This document shows positions 28,869 to 38,435 of a stretch of DNA of 64,000 nt, piece after piece; the first letter of the stretch is position 1, and every line of letters begins with the position of its first letter. The stretch lies in assembly GCA_001804805.1 (NCBI GenBank), contig MHBH01000073.1:94539-158538 (forward strand). Reading direction: 5' to 3'. The position numbers and the translations under genes are program-made. The notes beneath the pieces are model-generated. The model saw only the letters and a program-made list of their open reading frames with translations. It was not told where the DNA came from and made no database searches. The stretch is from Lentisphaerae bacterium GWF2_49_21. GTDB taxonomy: Bacteria; Verrucomicrobiota; Lentisphaeria; Victivallales; GWF2-50-93.

Positions 28869-29636
28869 ATGCCTGCATTTTCCAATATTGACAGTCCGCA
28901 GTTGTTCTGGATACTTGCATTCATATCAGCTTTCTTCATTGGTTTCTCCAAGAGCGGGATAAGCGGGGCGGGGATACTGGCGATTCCTCTCATGGCGTGC
29001 ATTTTTCCGCCCAAGGAATCGACAGGAATACTTCTTCCCATGCTCATCATGGGTGACATCATTGGAGTCTATTTCTACCGTCAGCATACACAGTGGAAGC
29101 ACATCCTGAGGGCATTGCCATGGGCTTTTGTTGGAATTATCGCGGGCTGGCTTTTCATGAAATATTCTGATATAAGCCAGGCTGATTTCAAGAAATATAT
29201 CGGGGTGGTTGTCATTGTAATGCTCATCGTTGGTGAGTGGTTCAACAGGACCAGCGACGAAAAGACCCGGCATATCCCCCATAGCTGGTATTTTGCAGCC
29301 ATTATCGGTGTGACCGGAGGGATAACGACGATGACAGCCAACGCTGCCGGGCCGGTTTTTGCGATCTATCTGCTGTCACTCGGTCTTCCAAAGGAAAATT
29401 TCATAGGCACTACGGCCTGGATATTTTTCATACTCAACACAAGCAAGGTTCTTTTCAGCTGGGAACTGGGATTCATAACCGAGGAAACCCTGGTATTCAA
29501 CGCCGGAATGATCCCAGCTCTTATAATCGGTTCCCTTGTGGGGGTGAAGACTGTGAAATACATTAAAAACAATACGTTCTCAATACTCGTGAAGATATTT
29601 GCGATTCTCGCAGCCGGATATCTGATCTTCAAGTAG
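28869..29636 (+). CDS. TauE/SafE-family membrane exporter
   Basis: 255 aa with 8 TM helices. N-terminal …GFSKSGISGAGILAIPLM… matches TauE/SafE. Confidence 0.7.
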   Translation: MPAFSNIDSPQLFWILAFISAFFIGFSKSGISGAGILAIPLMACIFPPKESTGILLPMLIMGDIIGVYFYRQHTQWKHILRALPWAFVGIIAGWLFMKYSDISQADFKKYIGVVVIVMLIVGEWFNRTSDEKTRHIPHSWYFAAIIGVTGGITTMTANAAGPVFAIYLLSLGLPKENFIGTTAWIFFILNTSKVLFSWELGFITEETLVFNAGMIPALIIGSLVGVKTVKYIKNNTFSILVKIFAILAAGYLIFK

Positions 29637-29670
29637 CACAGGCATCTTGACTTTATTTGATATTACATAA

Positions 29671-29817
29671 CTACTTCGGCTTCTTTTCTTCCGCCTTCTT
29701 GGGTGCTCCTACCTTGCTTTTCTTCTCGGCGTCCTTCAAGAGGTTTTCAAAATCCTTTTCCTCTCCCGGCCCGGTTCTTGAGGTGAGCTGATTGCCTTCT
29801 GAATCCGTGATGACCAC
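29671..29817 (-). CDS. Possible small hydrophilic protein (48 aa, GTG start), not in the ORF track
   Basis: Minus-strand frame VVITDSEGNQLTSRTGPGEEKDFENLLKDAEKKSKVGAPKKAEEKKPK*. It has no low-complexity mirror artefact and lies in a 240-bp gap between annotated genes. Confidence 0.25.
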   Translation of the reverse strand: MVITDSEGNQLTSRTGPGEEKDFENLLKDAEKKSKVGAPKKAEEKKPK

Positions 29818-29878
29818 AAACAATTGATATTCTCCTCATAAAAATCTCCTATGATATAAAATCAGCTCGCTGATTTTA

Positions 29879-31162
29879 TTACTTCTCATTCTTTATCAGG
29901 GGTTTTCCTGACAGAAGTTCATCGATTTCCTTTTTAATCTTATCTTTAGTGTCATTATCAAATCCTATATGAACTGACTGGATAACGCCATCTTTTCCAA
30001 TAATAAAGCTTGTAGGAAAAGCCTCGATCAGATAAGATTTGGCCGTTTCCGTGTCCTTGTCGAGGGCTACAGGCGATTTAAACTTCAAGCTGGCCATAAA
30101 TTCACTGGTCTTGTCCTTCTCGTCTCCGACATTGACTGCATAAAAAACGACATCCTTGCCGGCATATGAAGTACCGATCTCGTCCATTATTGGAAGAGTT
30201 ATCTCGCAGGCGGGACACCAGACGGCCCAGAAATCAAGAACAACTATCTTCTTGCCCTTCAGGACAGCAAGGTCGACTTTGCCTCCGTCTAGGAGATCGA
30301 GCTTTAAGGCTGGAGCATTTTTGCCCAATAAAGAATGTCTGGCTTCTTCCTTTGGAACTGGTTTTTCAGCCTGTTTCCCCTTTGTGGGAGGATCAATTTT
30401 CTTTGCATCTGCAGGAGGCGCGATCTTGAACGTGTCCGCAGGGAGAGTTGAATCCACGGACCAGTTGTCAAGGAGCACGGTCATATTGTACTGCATGTCC
30501 TTCGTGCCAGACATCTCCATCGTCTTTTCGATCTGTTTTTTCATGTCCGGGACAATTTTCCTTATGAATGGCCTGTCCCCTGTCTCAAACCATGCGTCCC
30601 AGATGAAATTTGGCTTCTGGAAGTTCAGGTGATGGCATTCCTTGTCGCCCAGTTTTTCCACACCAAGATACTTTACGTCCGTAATACCCTCCATTATTTT
30701 TTCATAGGGCTTGGGAGATACGATGGGATCTATGACGGGAAATCCGCTGGATTTGCTTACGAATTCCATGCATGCCATGGACTCATAATCTTCAGGTGCC
30801 GGTTCAATGCTATATCTGTTGATGGAAGGAGCATGCATTATGACATTTTTACCGTCGGAAACAACTTTCAAAGGAGACATCCCATTCTTTATGTTGTAGA
30901 AAATCTTATTCGGCCTTTCAATGACATACTCGGAATCAGTCAATGATTCCTGGTTCATTCCCTTGGACTTCATTTTAATAGTCATGATCATGTCGAATCT
31001 GATGTTCTTCGATTTCAATATGAGGTCGCTGTATTTCCTTACTACTTCAGCCGCCTTGGGATCAATCTTGTCCGCAATGGGACCGGCAGGATCCTGGGAG
31101 AAGAGAGGGGAAATCAAGGACAGGGAAAACAATGTAAATAAAAGGCAAATGAGTTTTTTCAT
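29879..31162 (-). CDS. Secreted lipoprotein with a C-terminal TlpA/thioredoxin-like domain
   Basis: Signal peptide MKKLICLLFTLFSLSLISPLFSQ. C-terminal LDFWAVWCPACEITLP contains a CxxC redoxin motif. A Lys/Pro linker precedes it. Confidence 0.75.
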   Translation of the reverse strand: MKKLICLLFTLFSLSLISPLFSQDPAGPIADKIDPKAAEVVRKYSDLILKSKNIRFDMIMTIKMKSKGMNQESLTDSEYVIERPNKIFYNIKNGMSPLKVVSDGKNVIMHAPSINRYSIEPAPEDYESMACMEFVSKSSGFPVIDPIVSPKPYEKIMEGITDVKYLGVEKLGDKECHHLNFQKPNFIWDAWFETGDRPFIRKIVPDMKKQIEKTMEMSGTKDMQYNMTVLLDNWSVDSTLPADTFKIAPPADAKKIDPPTKGKQAEKPVPKEEARHSLLGKNAPALKLDLLDGGKVDLAVLKGKKIVVLDFWAVWCPACEITLPIMDEIGTSYAGKDVVFYAVNVGDEKDKTSEFMASLKFKSPVALDKDTETAKSYLIEAFPTSFIIGKDGVIQSVHIGFDNDTKDKIKKEIDELLSGKPLIKNEK

Positions 31163-31199
31163 GGGAAAACCCTTGGTTGTTATTAAAGTCCGAATGACC

Positions 31200-31244
31200 G
31201 GTCTGACGTGTCAGACTTTCCAATCCTGGAGCAGTCCAGGATTG
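31200..31244 (-). terminator. Two stacked hairpins downstream of the flotillin gene (minus strand)
   Basis: gtctgacgtgtcagac (31200-31215) and a perfect 11-bp stem ccaatcctgga gcag tccaggattgg (31219-31244). Confidence 0.5.
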
Positions 31245-31271
31245 GAATCAGTCTGATATTCATAAAATGTC

Positions 31272-32729
31272 TTACTTCTTCTTCGGTTCCTGTACCTGGG
31301 ATTCATTGTCATATTTGACTTTCCCGAGGTAGCCCGGAAGATCTATCCCCGCCATGTTCGCAACGTCATGCAGTGGAGGGAGGCTCTGCATCATTCCGCT
31401 TAGAAAATTTGCGGTCGAGGTCTTTCCACCGGCGCCTTGTCCGCCTTCCCATACGGTGACCTTGTCGATCTTGATGTTCTTGATGGCCTCTGTCTGGAGG
31501 CTGACGATCGTCTCGAGTTTTTCGATGAGGAGCATCTTGGCGGCGGCGTCGGAATCACTGTTGCATGACTTGACGATTTCCTGGAAACCGGCGGCCTTCG
31601 CCTTGAGGATCTCGTAGTTACCACGGCCTTCGGCCTGGAGTTTTGCAAATGTCGCATCGGCCTGACCTTTGGCCTCACGGCGCAGTTTCTCGGCCTGTGC
31701 TTCGGCACCTATCTCGATCTGCTGCTTGGCTATTTCGGCTGGGACGATGATCTCGGCCCTCTGTTTCTCACGTTCCATGTTGGCGCGTGACATCTGGGCC
31801 TGCTGTTCAGCCTCGAAATGGGCTTTTTCGATCTGGGCCTCTGCTACGCGCTTGGCGGATTCGGCTTTCCTGAACGCTTCGGCTTCCTGTTCGGAACGGA
31901 CAGCATTGGATTTTGCGATTTCGATTGACGAGATATTTTCACCGTTGACGGCTTCAGATTCGGCCTGTTTTACGGCGATACGGCGGTCTCTGGCGGCGTT
32001 TGCTTCACCGGACTGTGCATCTGCATCAGCCTTTGAAACAGATATCCTCTGTATCTTGCTGGCATCGGCTTCACCGATTGAACCGAGTTTCACCTGTTCT
32101 GCGACATCGATCTTGGCTCTGTTGATGGCTTCAGACGCGGCCTTCTTACCGATAGCTTCGATATATCCGCTTTCATCAGTGATGTCGGTGATATTGACGT
32201 TCAGGAGTTCAAGACCGACCTTGTTAAGTTCCTGTGCGACGTTGTCCTCTACCTTGTTCAGGAATTTTTCACGGTCCGCATTGATTTCCTCGATGGTCAT
32301 TGAGGCGATGACAAGACGGAGCTGTCCGAAGATGATATCCCTTGAAAGTTCGATGATGGCATCCGGAGTCAATCCGAAAAGACGTTGTGCGGCATTACCC
32401 ATTATCGCCAGATCCGTGCTGATACCGACAGTGAACACAGAGGGGACGTTGATTCGGATGTTCTGTTTGCAGAGGGCGTTGCCGAGGTTGACTTCGATCT
32501 GCAGCGGGCGCAGGGAAAGGAAACCGTAATCCTGGACTACGGGCCAGATGAACTTTGCGCCGCCATGAATGCACATCGAGGCTTCCTTGCCTTTTGTCTT
32601 ACCGTAGATCACCATGATCCTGTCGGAAGGGCATTTCTTGTACCTGCTCGCCCAGATGAGGAGAAGGACAAATGCAAAGAATGCCGCAAAAAGCATCAAG
32701 CCAATAAGTGAACCAATTCCGCTACCCAT
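31272..32729 (-). CDS. Flotillin / SPFH (band-7) family protein (YqiK-like)
   Basis: N-terminal TM segment, an SPFH domain, then a long coiled coil rich in Ala, Glu and Gln (AEQQAQMSRANMEREKQRAE…). Confidence 0.8.
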   Translation of the reverse strand: MGSGIGSLIGLMLFAAFFAFVLLLIWASRYKKCPSDRIMVIYGKTKGKEASMCIHGGAKFIWPVVQDYGFLSLRPLQIEVNLGNALCKQNIRINVPSVFTVGISTDLAIMGNAAQRLFGLTPDAIIELSRDIIFGQLRLVIASMTIEEINADREKFLNKVEDNVAQELNKVGLELLNVNITDITDESGYIEAIGKKAASEAINRAKIDVAEQVKLGSIGEADASKIQRISVSKADADAQSGEANAARDRRIAVKQAESEAVNGENISSIEIAKSNAVRSEQEAEAFRKAESAKRVAEAQIEKAHFEAEQQAQMSRANMEREKQRAEIIVPAEIAKQQIEIGAEAQAEKLRREAKGQADATFAKLQAEGRGNYEILKAKAAGFQEIVKSCNSDSDAAAKMLLIEKLETIVSLQTEAIKNIKIDKVTVWEGGQGAGGKTSTANFLSGMMQSLPPLHDVANMAGIDLPGYLGKVKYDNESQVQEPKKK

Positions 32730-32762
32730 AATCGACTCCTTGGATTAGTTTATTTTAAAGTT

Positions 32763-33356
32763 TTATATTTTCTTGACGAGAAAACGCCGTCCGTCGATCT
32801 GCTGGGCGATAGTCACCGCCGTTCCCGTGGGAAGTTCATCGTCAGCTACTGCCGTTATCTCCCTTGTACAGCCCTTGAAATTGACAGTTACCTTGCCGCT
32901 CTGTGTCCTGCCTGCGGGAATGTTCATATAGACGGTGCCGGAACATCCGATGAAATCGTTGGCTTCGATGTTGCCGCTCTGCTGGAGCTTCATGAGATAG
33001 TAAAGGATGAAAGATGTGGCGAACATCATGAACAGACCGCACGCGAGGGCCGCAAAGAATCCGGTCAGTCCGTTCTTTCCCCATATTACACCGCCCCATC
33101 CGAAAAAGGTGATGAATGCGACGACGGACTGGACTGAGAAAAGCTTGAATATTGAAAATCCGGCGTCGGCATGGCCTGTTGCATCGACATCGTGTCCGCC
33201 TGCGGCGGACGTATCGACATCATGTCCGGCTCCGAATCCAAACATCGCCATGACAAGCTGGATAAGGAATATAAATGATCCAAAAAGGGCCAATGCCCAG
33301 TAGAATTTCATATCACCGGAAAGTTCACTGAAAAATCCATTCCAAATAGCATCCAT
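32763..33356 (-). CDS. NfeD-like membrane protein (YqiJ-like), upstream partner of flotillin
   Basis: Several TM helices, a Gly/His/Asp-rich loop, and a C-terminal OB-fold segment …GKVTVNFKG…. The NfeD-flotillin operon arrangement is well known. Confidence 0.65.
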   Translation of the reverse strand: MDAIWNGFFSELSGDMKFYWALALFGSFIFLIQLVMAMFGFGAGHDVDTSAAGGHDVDATGHADAGFSIFKLFSVQSVVAFITFFGWGGVIWGKNGLTGFFAALACGLFMMFATSFILYYLMKLQQSGNIEANDFIGCSGTVYMNIPAGRTQSGKVTVNFKGCTREITAVADDELPTGTAVTIAQQIDGRRFLVKKI

Positions 33357-33465
33357 AATGCCCCCTCTTTAGGGAATCGCCATGTTTTATAAGTTCCCTT
33401 TAGTTACAAACTTAAAAATATATTCATCCGAGGGCAATCTTCAAGCAGGGAAAGAGGGATTTTAC

Positions 33466-33606
33466 ATGTTTGTAGTAGGCGAATTCATTCGCCGTTCTTC
33501 AAGTAGGTACGTGCTTCAGCATGTACCATCTTTAATTTTAAACATGGGACAGGTTAAAACCCGTCCCTACTTCAAGAACGTGCAATAAATTGCACTACTA
33601 CGAACA
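33466..33606 (+). repeat. Structured repeat element, copy 1 (about 140 bp; TIRs gttTgtagtag / ctactacGaac; four internal hairpins)
   Basis: Shares the core …aagtaggtacgtgcttcagcatgtaccatctt…gggacagg…cccgtccctac…agaacg(t/c)gcaataaattgc(a/g)c…ctactac with 55176-55312 and 60876-60990. Confidence 0.75.
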
Positions 33607-35100
33607 GAGGGATTGAATCTCAATCTTTTCAAACCTGACAACACCATTTTGACAGGCAAGGAAAAGAGAGTTTCCTTTCAGTTCGTGGCAGCGGTTTATG
33701 ATGCACTGCCTGTTGTCAATGCAGATGTCTATGATGTCGTCCTTAAGTATGATCTCCAGCTTGAAGGGACGACCTAGGTCGACTGTAGACAAAATCGTCT
33801 CCTTGCCGAGTGAAATACTGTTCCTGTGGCAGTCGAAATTAAAATCAAACTTACTTTCATAATTGCCCGATCCTCGCAGGCCAAACCCGAAGAAATATGA
33901 ATTTTTCTTCGGTCGGACAACGCAGTTCAAATTATAATTCATCGGAAGATTTTCAAAAGCGGCAACTTCCAGTTTTTCCGCTGCATTTAATTCAACGGAG
34001 GCGATTTCAAAATTGCCGAATTCAAGGTAGGGATGGCTCTCCGAGCCGTCCGTATTGAAGCGGCGGTTTCGGAGAAACCGCCCTACCTTAGGTAATTTTG
34101 AAATCAGCTCAACGGATTTTCCTTTACACTTTGCTCCTGAAGTCAGTCGTCTCAAGGAGGTCTTGACGGCTTTTCCAGAAGGGATCATTTCCTTGAGGAA
34201 TCTTACTCCAAGCGTGCCATCTCTGTTCTGGATGATTTCGCGGAATACAGTCTGCCCTCCCCATAACATCCATTCGGAATCCTTGTTGTCCTTGCGCGGA
34301 CCTATCCAGCCGACGCCGATCCGCCTGTTTTTGCCGAATGGGGCAGTCTTCATGACCGCATTCAGATGGCTGTCAAGGACATCCACCTGCGGACGCTGCC
34401 AGGGGCCGAAAGGCTTTTTCGACATCCTGTAGAATGTCTGAAGTCCGATTCCGAAAAGCAGATAGTACCAGCCCTTCCAGAAAAAATGGTCCGGACATTC
34501 CGGTATGCCTCCCCATCCGGTTCCACCGACGGGAATGAGAAAAATACCTTCAAATTTCCATGTGCTCAGGTCTTTGGATGTATATCTTAAAAGACATCCT
34601 CCCCGATCATGCAGGGGATATTGTTCAATTTTGGACGTGACCAGCATATTGTACCTGCCGGTTTCGTCCTTGAATATAAAGGGATCCCGGCAGTCCTTTG
34701 GGGAAAATCCGGGCAGGGATGAGGCAAATGGATTCGGAGTCAATTTCCTGAACTTTATGCAGTCATCACTGACAGCATGGCTAAGGTGCTGGGTATGATC
34801 CGGCTTCCGTGTGGCATAAAACGCATGGTACTGTCCCTTGTCATAGAAAGTGGAGCCGGTGCAGATCGAGCCTTCCCAGTCCTCTTCCAGTGGAACTGCC
34901 AGGGGATGATGTTTCCAATGGACAAGATCCCTGCTTGAGCAGTGGGCCCACTGATGCCCGCCCAATCCTCCTTTTCCCTGATGATGCCCTTCGTCGAGAA
35001 GATAGAAAAGATGGAAAATTCCGTCGTGGTAAAACGGCATGCAGTCGCCGACGTAATATCCCGGTTTTGGCTGGAAATATTGCATATAGGCCCTTTCCAT
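33598..35100 (-). CDS. Glycoside hydrolase family 32 (beta-fructofuranosidase/levanase-like)
   Basis: N-terminal block YVGDCMPFYHDGIFHLFY (equivalent to the WMNDPNG…YHLFYQ nucleophile block), an RDP motif (CRDPFIF), and an EC motif (GIPECPDHF). Confidence 0.7.
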   Translation of the reverse strand: MERAYMQYFQPKPGYYVGDCMPFYHDGIFHLFYLLDEGHHQGKGGLGGHQWAHCSSRDLVHWKHHPLAVPLEEDWEGSICTGSTFYDKGQYHAFYATRKPDHTQHLSHAVSDDCIKFRKLTPNPFASSLPGFSPKDCRDPFIFKDETGRYNMLVTSKIEQYPLHDRGGCLLRYTSKDLSTWKFEGIFLIPVGGTGWGGIPECPDHFFWKGWYYLLFGIGLQTFYRMSKKPFGPWQRPQVDVLDSHLNAVMKTAPFGKNRRIGVGWIGPRKDNKDSEWMLWGGQTVFREIIQNRDGTLGVRFLKEMIPSGKAVKTSLRRLTSGAKCKGKSVELISKLPKVGRFLRNRRFNTDGSESHPYLEFGNFEIASVELNAAEKLEVAAFENLPMNYNLNCVVRPKKNSYFFGFGLRGSGNYESKFDFNFDCHRNSISLGKETILSTVDLGRPFKLEIILKDDIIDICIDNRQCIINRCHELKGNSLFLACQNGVVRFEKIEIQSLCS

Positions 35101-35205
35101 AGGAATATAAGCTTAGTTTGTGTTTGCCTCCTCCAGGGATGTCCCCATTCGACACTGCCTTGGGAAAGGGCCTATGATTATAAAGGAAAAATCCGTTAAG
35201 GATTT

Positions 35206-36312
35206 TTACTTTATCGCGACTTCTTTTCCACCGTTTGCGGCGGATTCATAGACTGCGTCGAGCATCTTCTGGACCATCAGCCCGTCTTCCGCAGGGGAAA
35301 GAGTCGGCTTGTCATAGAGGCAGTGCTCGACGAAATTGCGCATTTTCGGAGGCCATATCCCCGTCCATCCGTTGTTGGGCAGATATGTGGGAGACATGTT
35401 GACCATGTGGTCGTTCTGGTCTGTGAAGATCATGGCAGGATCCCATTGTCCACCGGCCTTGGTTCCCATGAGGCCGAAGTTCCAGACATCCTTTTCGATG
35501 TGGCCTGCAAAGGAGGCTTCGATATTCAACATGGCGCCGGTATCAAAGCGGATCATGCCGACGGCGAGATCCTCGACGGTATAGTTTTTCCAGTCCCAGT
35601 TCGGCCAGGAGCTCTTGGTCATGCTTGGCTTATTTCCAAGGTATGTGAAACAATTGCCGACTGCGGAGACCGGTTTCGGGGATCCCATCACGAAGTGGCA
35701 CATTTCAAGGCAATGGACGCCGATATCGATCATGGGGCCACCACCTTGGAGATCCTTGCGTCCGAAGACTCCCCAGTTCGGAATTCCGCGGCGGCGCAGG
35801 GCCTGGACTCGGGCATAAAGGATATCCCCGAAAGTTCCGTTCTTTACGGCTTCGCGCAGGAAAGCACTCCGTCCATCATAGCGGAACTGGAACCCGATCA
35901 CAAGCTTGCGTTTGACACGCCTGGCGATATCGATCATCTTCTGGGATTCTTTTGCGTTCATCGCCATGGGCTTTTCAACAAGCACATGTGCTCCAGACTC
36001 AAGTGCGGCGATGGTGTTGGCCTCATGTGCGCCGTTGGGTGAACAGACGCTGACAGCGTCCGGCTTGATCTTCTTCAGCATTTCATTGTAGTCGGTAAAA
36101 CAGTTGGAAAGAGGAATCTTGAACTGTTCGGCCTTTTTGACCATTGAATCCATTATCGGATCAGCAAGTCCGACCAGTTCGACATCTTTCATCTTGGCGT
36201 ATTCGGTCAGGTGCGCTCCGGCTATGCCGCCGGCTCCTATGCATGCGACTCTGAGTTTTTTCTCTGTGGATTTTACGGATTCTTTTTCGGCGGGACTTAT
36301 CTTCTTGGCCAT
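35206..36312 (-). CDS. Gfo/Idh/MocA-family NAD(P)-dependent oxidoreductase
   Basis: Rossmann motif LRVACIGAGGIAGAHL plus a C-terminal Gfo/Idh/MocA alpha/beta domain. Confidence 0.8.
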   Translation of the reverse strand: MAKKISPAEKESVKSTEKKLRVACIGAGGIAGAHLTEYAKMKDVELVGLADPIMDSMVKKAEQFKIPLSNCFTDYNEMLKKIKPDAVSVCSPNGAHEANTIAALESGAHVLVEKPMAMNAKESQKMIDIARRVKRKLVIGFQFRYDGRSAFLREAVKNGTFGDILYARVQALRRRGIPNWGVFGRKDLQGGGPMIDIGVHCLEMCHFVMGSPKPVSAVGNCFTYLGNKPSMTKSSWPNWDWKNYTVEDLAVGMIRFDTGAMLNIEASFAGHIEKDVWNFGLMGTKAGGQWDPAMIFTDQNDHMVNMSPTYLPNNGWTGIWPPKMRNFVEHCLYDKPTLSPAEDGLMVQKMLDAVYESAANGGKEVAIK

Positions 36313-36419
36313 TGAATATTCCTCCTTAAAGGTTTAGGGAACATAAAATAAGCGGGTAAAGATAGTTTTGAATGCGGTTCTTTCAAATAGTTTAGAAGAT
36401 TAAAGCATGGAAAATCACA

Positions 36420-36515
36420 CCACGAAGAATACCCGAAGCCCACGAGGTTAATTTATTTGCCCACGAATCACTCAGATATGAAATACAGATAAGAGATTTT
36501 CGCACAAAGCCACGG
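36420..36515 (+). promoter_or_regulatory. Four spaced ccacg(a/g)(a/g)g direct repeats in the sulfatase upstream region
   Basis: accacgaag, cccacgagg, cccacgaat and gccacggagg, spaced at 20-40 bp between divergent or adjacent genes. Confidence 0.25.
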
Positions 36516-36611
36516 AGGCACAAAGTTAAGATTACACCATTTCCATATCACAGGACGAACATGTTCGCCTGAGCCGATTCATTCAATAATAAATTTTTCA
36601 GAATGAAAAAA

Positions 36612-38126
36612 TTATCTGTTGTCCGTGTTCCTCGGGACCACGTCGCAGGTCTCCATGTACCATTTGAGCATGCGTTCCTTCATAGCGGAAAGAATTTTGG
36701 CATATTTAGGATCTTTGACGAGGTTCCTAGTCTCCCCCGGATCTTTCTTCAGATCGTAAAGTTCGTCGGACTCGTAGAGACGGCGTACGTACTTATATTT
36801 TTTCGTCCGGCACATTGTCGCCTTGGTATGGTAGGGAATCTTCCAATCGTCACCCTGGAGCTTCATTCTCGGATAATAAAGGCCGAATTCTTTCCCGTTG
36901 TAGGACTTGCTCTGCCTTTCCATTGCCTGCACCTCACCGATAAGACGTCCGCCTTCACAGAAAACTGCATCCCTGTGATTGTCAGTTTTTCCTGACATTA
37001 CAGGCAGTAGGCTTTTGCCAAAATGGTCGTATCCGGGCTCAATGCCAGTCAGTTCATAGACAGTTGCCGAGAAGTCGACGAGTTCGGCAAGTGCGTTGCT
37101 GACACGTGGTTTCACCGGAATCCCCTTTGGAGGCTTGATTATGAACGGTACGCGGGAAAGGCAGTCCTCGAAGGTGTTCTGTGTTTTTTCAACGATCCCG
37201 TAGTCGCCGGTATAGTCGCCATGGTCTGAAAAGAGGAACACTGCGGAATCATCGTAGATCCCGCTTGTCTTCAGCGCGTCCATCAGCATCTTGAACTGGT
37301 GGTCCAGACGCGAACACATCCCATAATATGTAGCCCTGAGCTCGGTCCAGCGCTCCTCGGTCCATCCATGAAGTCCCTGTTCTTCGGCAATACCCTTGAG
37401 GATTGATGCTTTCCCTTTGTAATTTTTCGGCGGACGGATGCGCTGCGGGATTTTCTTCCGGTCTGTAATGCTGTACCATGGTTCCTCGACGGCGTATGGA
37501 GGGTGCGGATATTCGATAGGAAGATAGATGCACAAAGGCTTGTCGCCGTCATAATTCTTTATTTTATCTATTGATCCGAGCACCATCGCCCAGTCGCCGT
37601 CGCAGTAGATCTCATCGCTCTTCTTGTCGAGCCTGCCCTTGAAGAAGCTGAAATAGTTGTCGTCTCCATGCTTCCCGCGCCACGACATGTCCCCGCCATG
37701 GTTGTTTTTTTGAGGTTCACAACCCCAGCGCCTATAGTCTGCCTCCGTCGGCCTGAAACGCTCATTGCAGTACTGTTCTACGGGCTGTTGTCCAGGAGTA
37801 AGATCATTCTTGCCTCCCCACCAGACATGATAGCCGTTGTCCTTGAGAATCTTCAGGAGGTTGGGCTCATTCCATTCGGGATGCAGCATGTGATACATGG
37901 TACGGTGCCCGCGGACATGCGGATACCAGCCGGTCATGAAGCTGCAGCGAGACGGCGTGCAGACCGTATTCTGGCAGAAGGCGTTCCGGAATGAGACTCC
38001 GTCCGTTTTTACAAAGCTGTCGAGGTTTGGAGTGACTGCGGCGGGATTTCCCATGTGTCCGAGGACATCGCCCCTCCACTGGTCGGGATTGAAAATTATT
38101 ATGTTTGGTCGTTTCTTGGATTTCAT
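36612..38126 (-). CDS. Sulfatase (formylglycine-dependent arylsulfatase family)
   Basis: CTPSRCSFMTG, the C-x-P-x-R sulfatase signature, plus a GKNDL… second motif. Confidence 0.85.
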   Translation of the reverse strand: MKSKKRPNIIIFNPDQWRGDVLGHMGNPAAVTPNLDSFVKTDGVSFRNAFCQNTVCTPSRCSFMTGWYPHVRGHRTMYHMLHPEWNEPNLLKILKDNGYHVWWGGKNDLTPGQQPVEQYCNERFRPTEADYRRWGCEPQKNNHGGDMSWRGKHGDDNYFSFFKGRLDKKSDEIYCDGDWAMVLGSIDKIKNYDGDKPLCIYLPIEYPHPPYAVEEPWYSITDRKKIPQRIRPPKNYKGKASILKGIAEEQGLHGWTEERWTELRATYYGMCSRLDHQFKMLMDALKTSGIYDDSAVFLFSDHGDYTGDYGIVEKTQNTFEDCLSRVPFIIKPPKGIPVKPRVSNALAELVDFSATVYELTGIEPGYDHFGKSLLPVMSGKTDNHRDAVFCEGGRLIGEVQAMERQSKSYNGKEFGLYYPRMKLQGDDWKIPYHTKATMCRTKKYKYVRRLYESDELYDLKKDPGETRNLVKDPKYAKILSAMKERMLKWYMETCDVVPRNTDNR

Positions 38127-38435
38127 GTCGATAAACCATTCTTAGAAAGTCAGAAAATAAATCAAATCAACTTAGTTGCCCCGGCAGGAATTTCAAGAAA
38201 GCTGGCATAAATCCGGAAACGCAATGAAGAATCTCCTGACGGCCATCCTGTCCCATCCGCATCCGGCTTTGCAAGACGACGCCGTGACAAGAGCAACTGG
38301 GTATTACGGATGTCATCCCTCGCTTCACGGCGGGCCGGAGATTCTTTATAACAAAAGAAAATCAAAGCCGTCCCAGGGGGAGGGGAATTAGCACCAACCA
38401 AGATTAAAAAGCGTCCCGGATTCATGTCACTTTGA

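Noticed and set aside
31669-32529. Plus-strand 286-aa ORF inside the flotillin gene
   Set aside because: It is an Ala/Ser-rich antisense artefact of the Ala/Glu/Gln coiled-coil region of flotillin.
33382-33588. 68-aa ORF on the plus strand
   Set aside because: It lies entirely within repeat-element copy 1 and is generated by the hairpin-rich sequence, so it is not a plausible gene.
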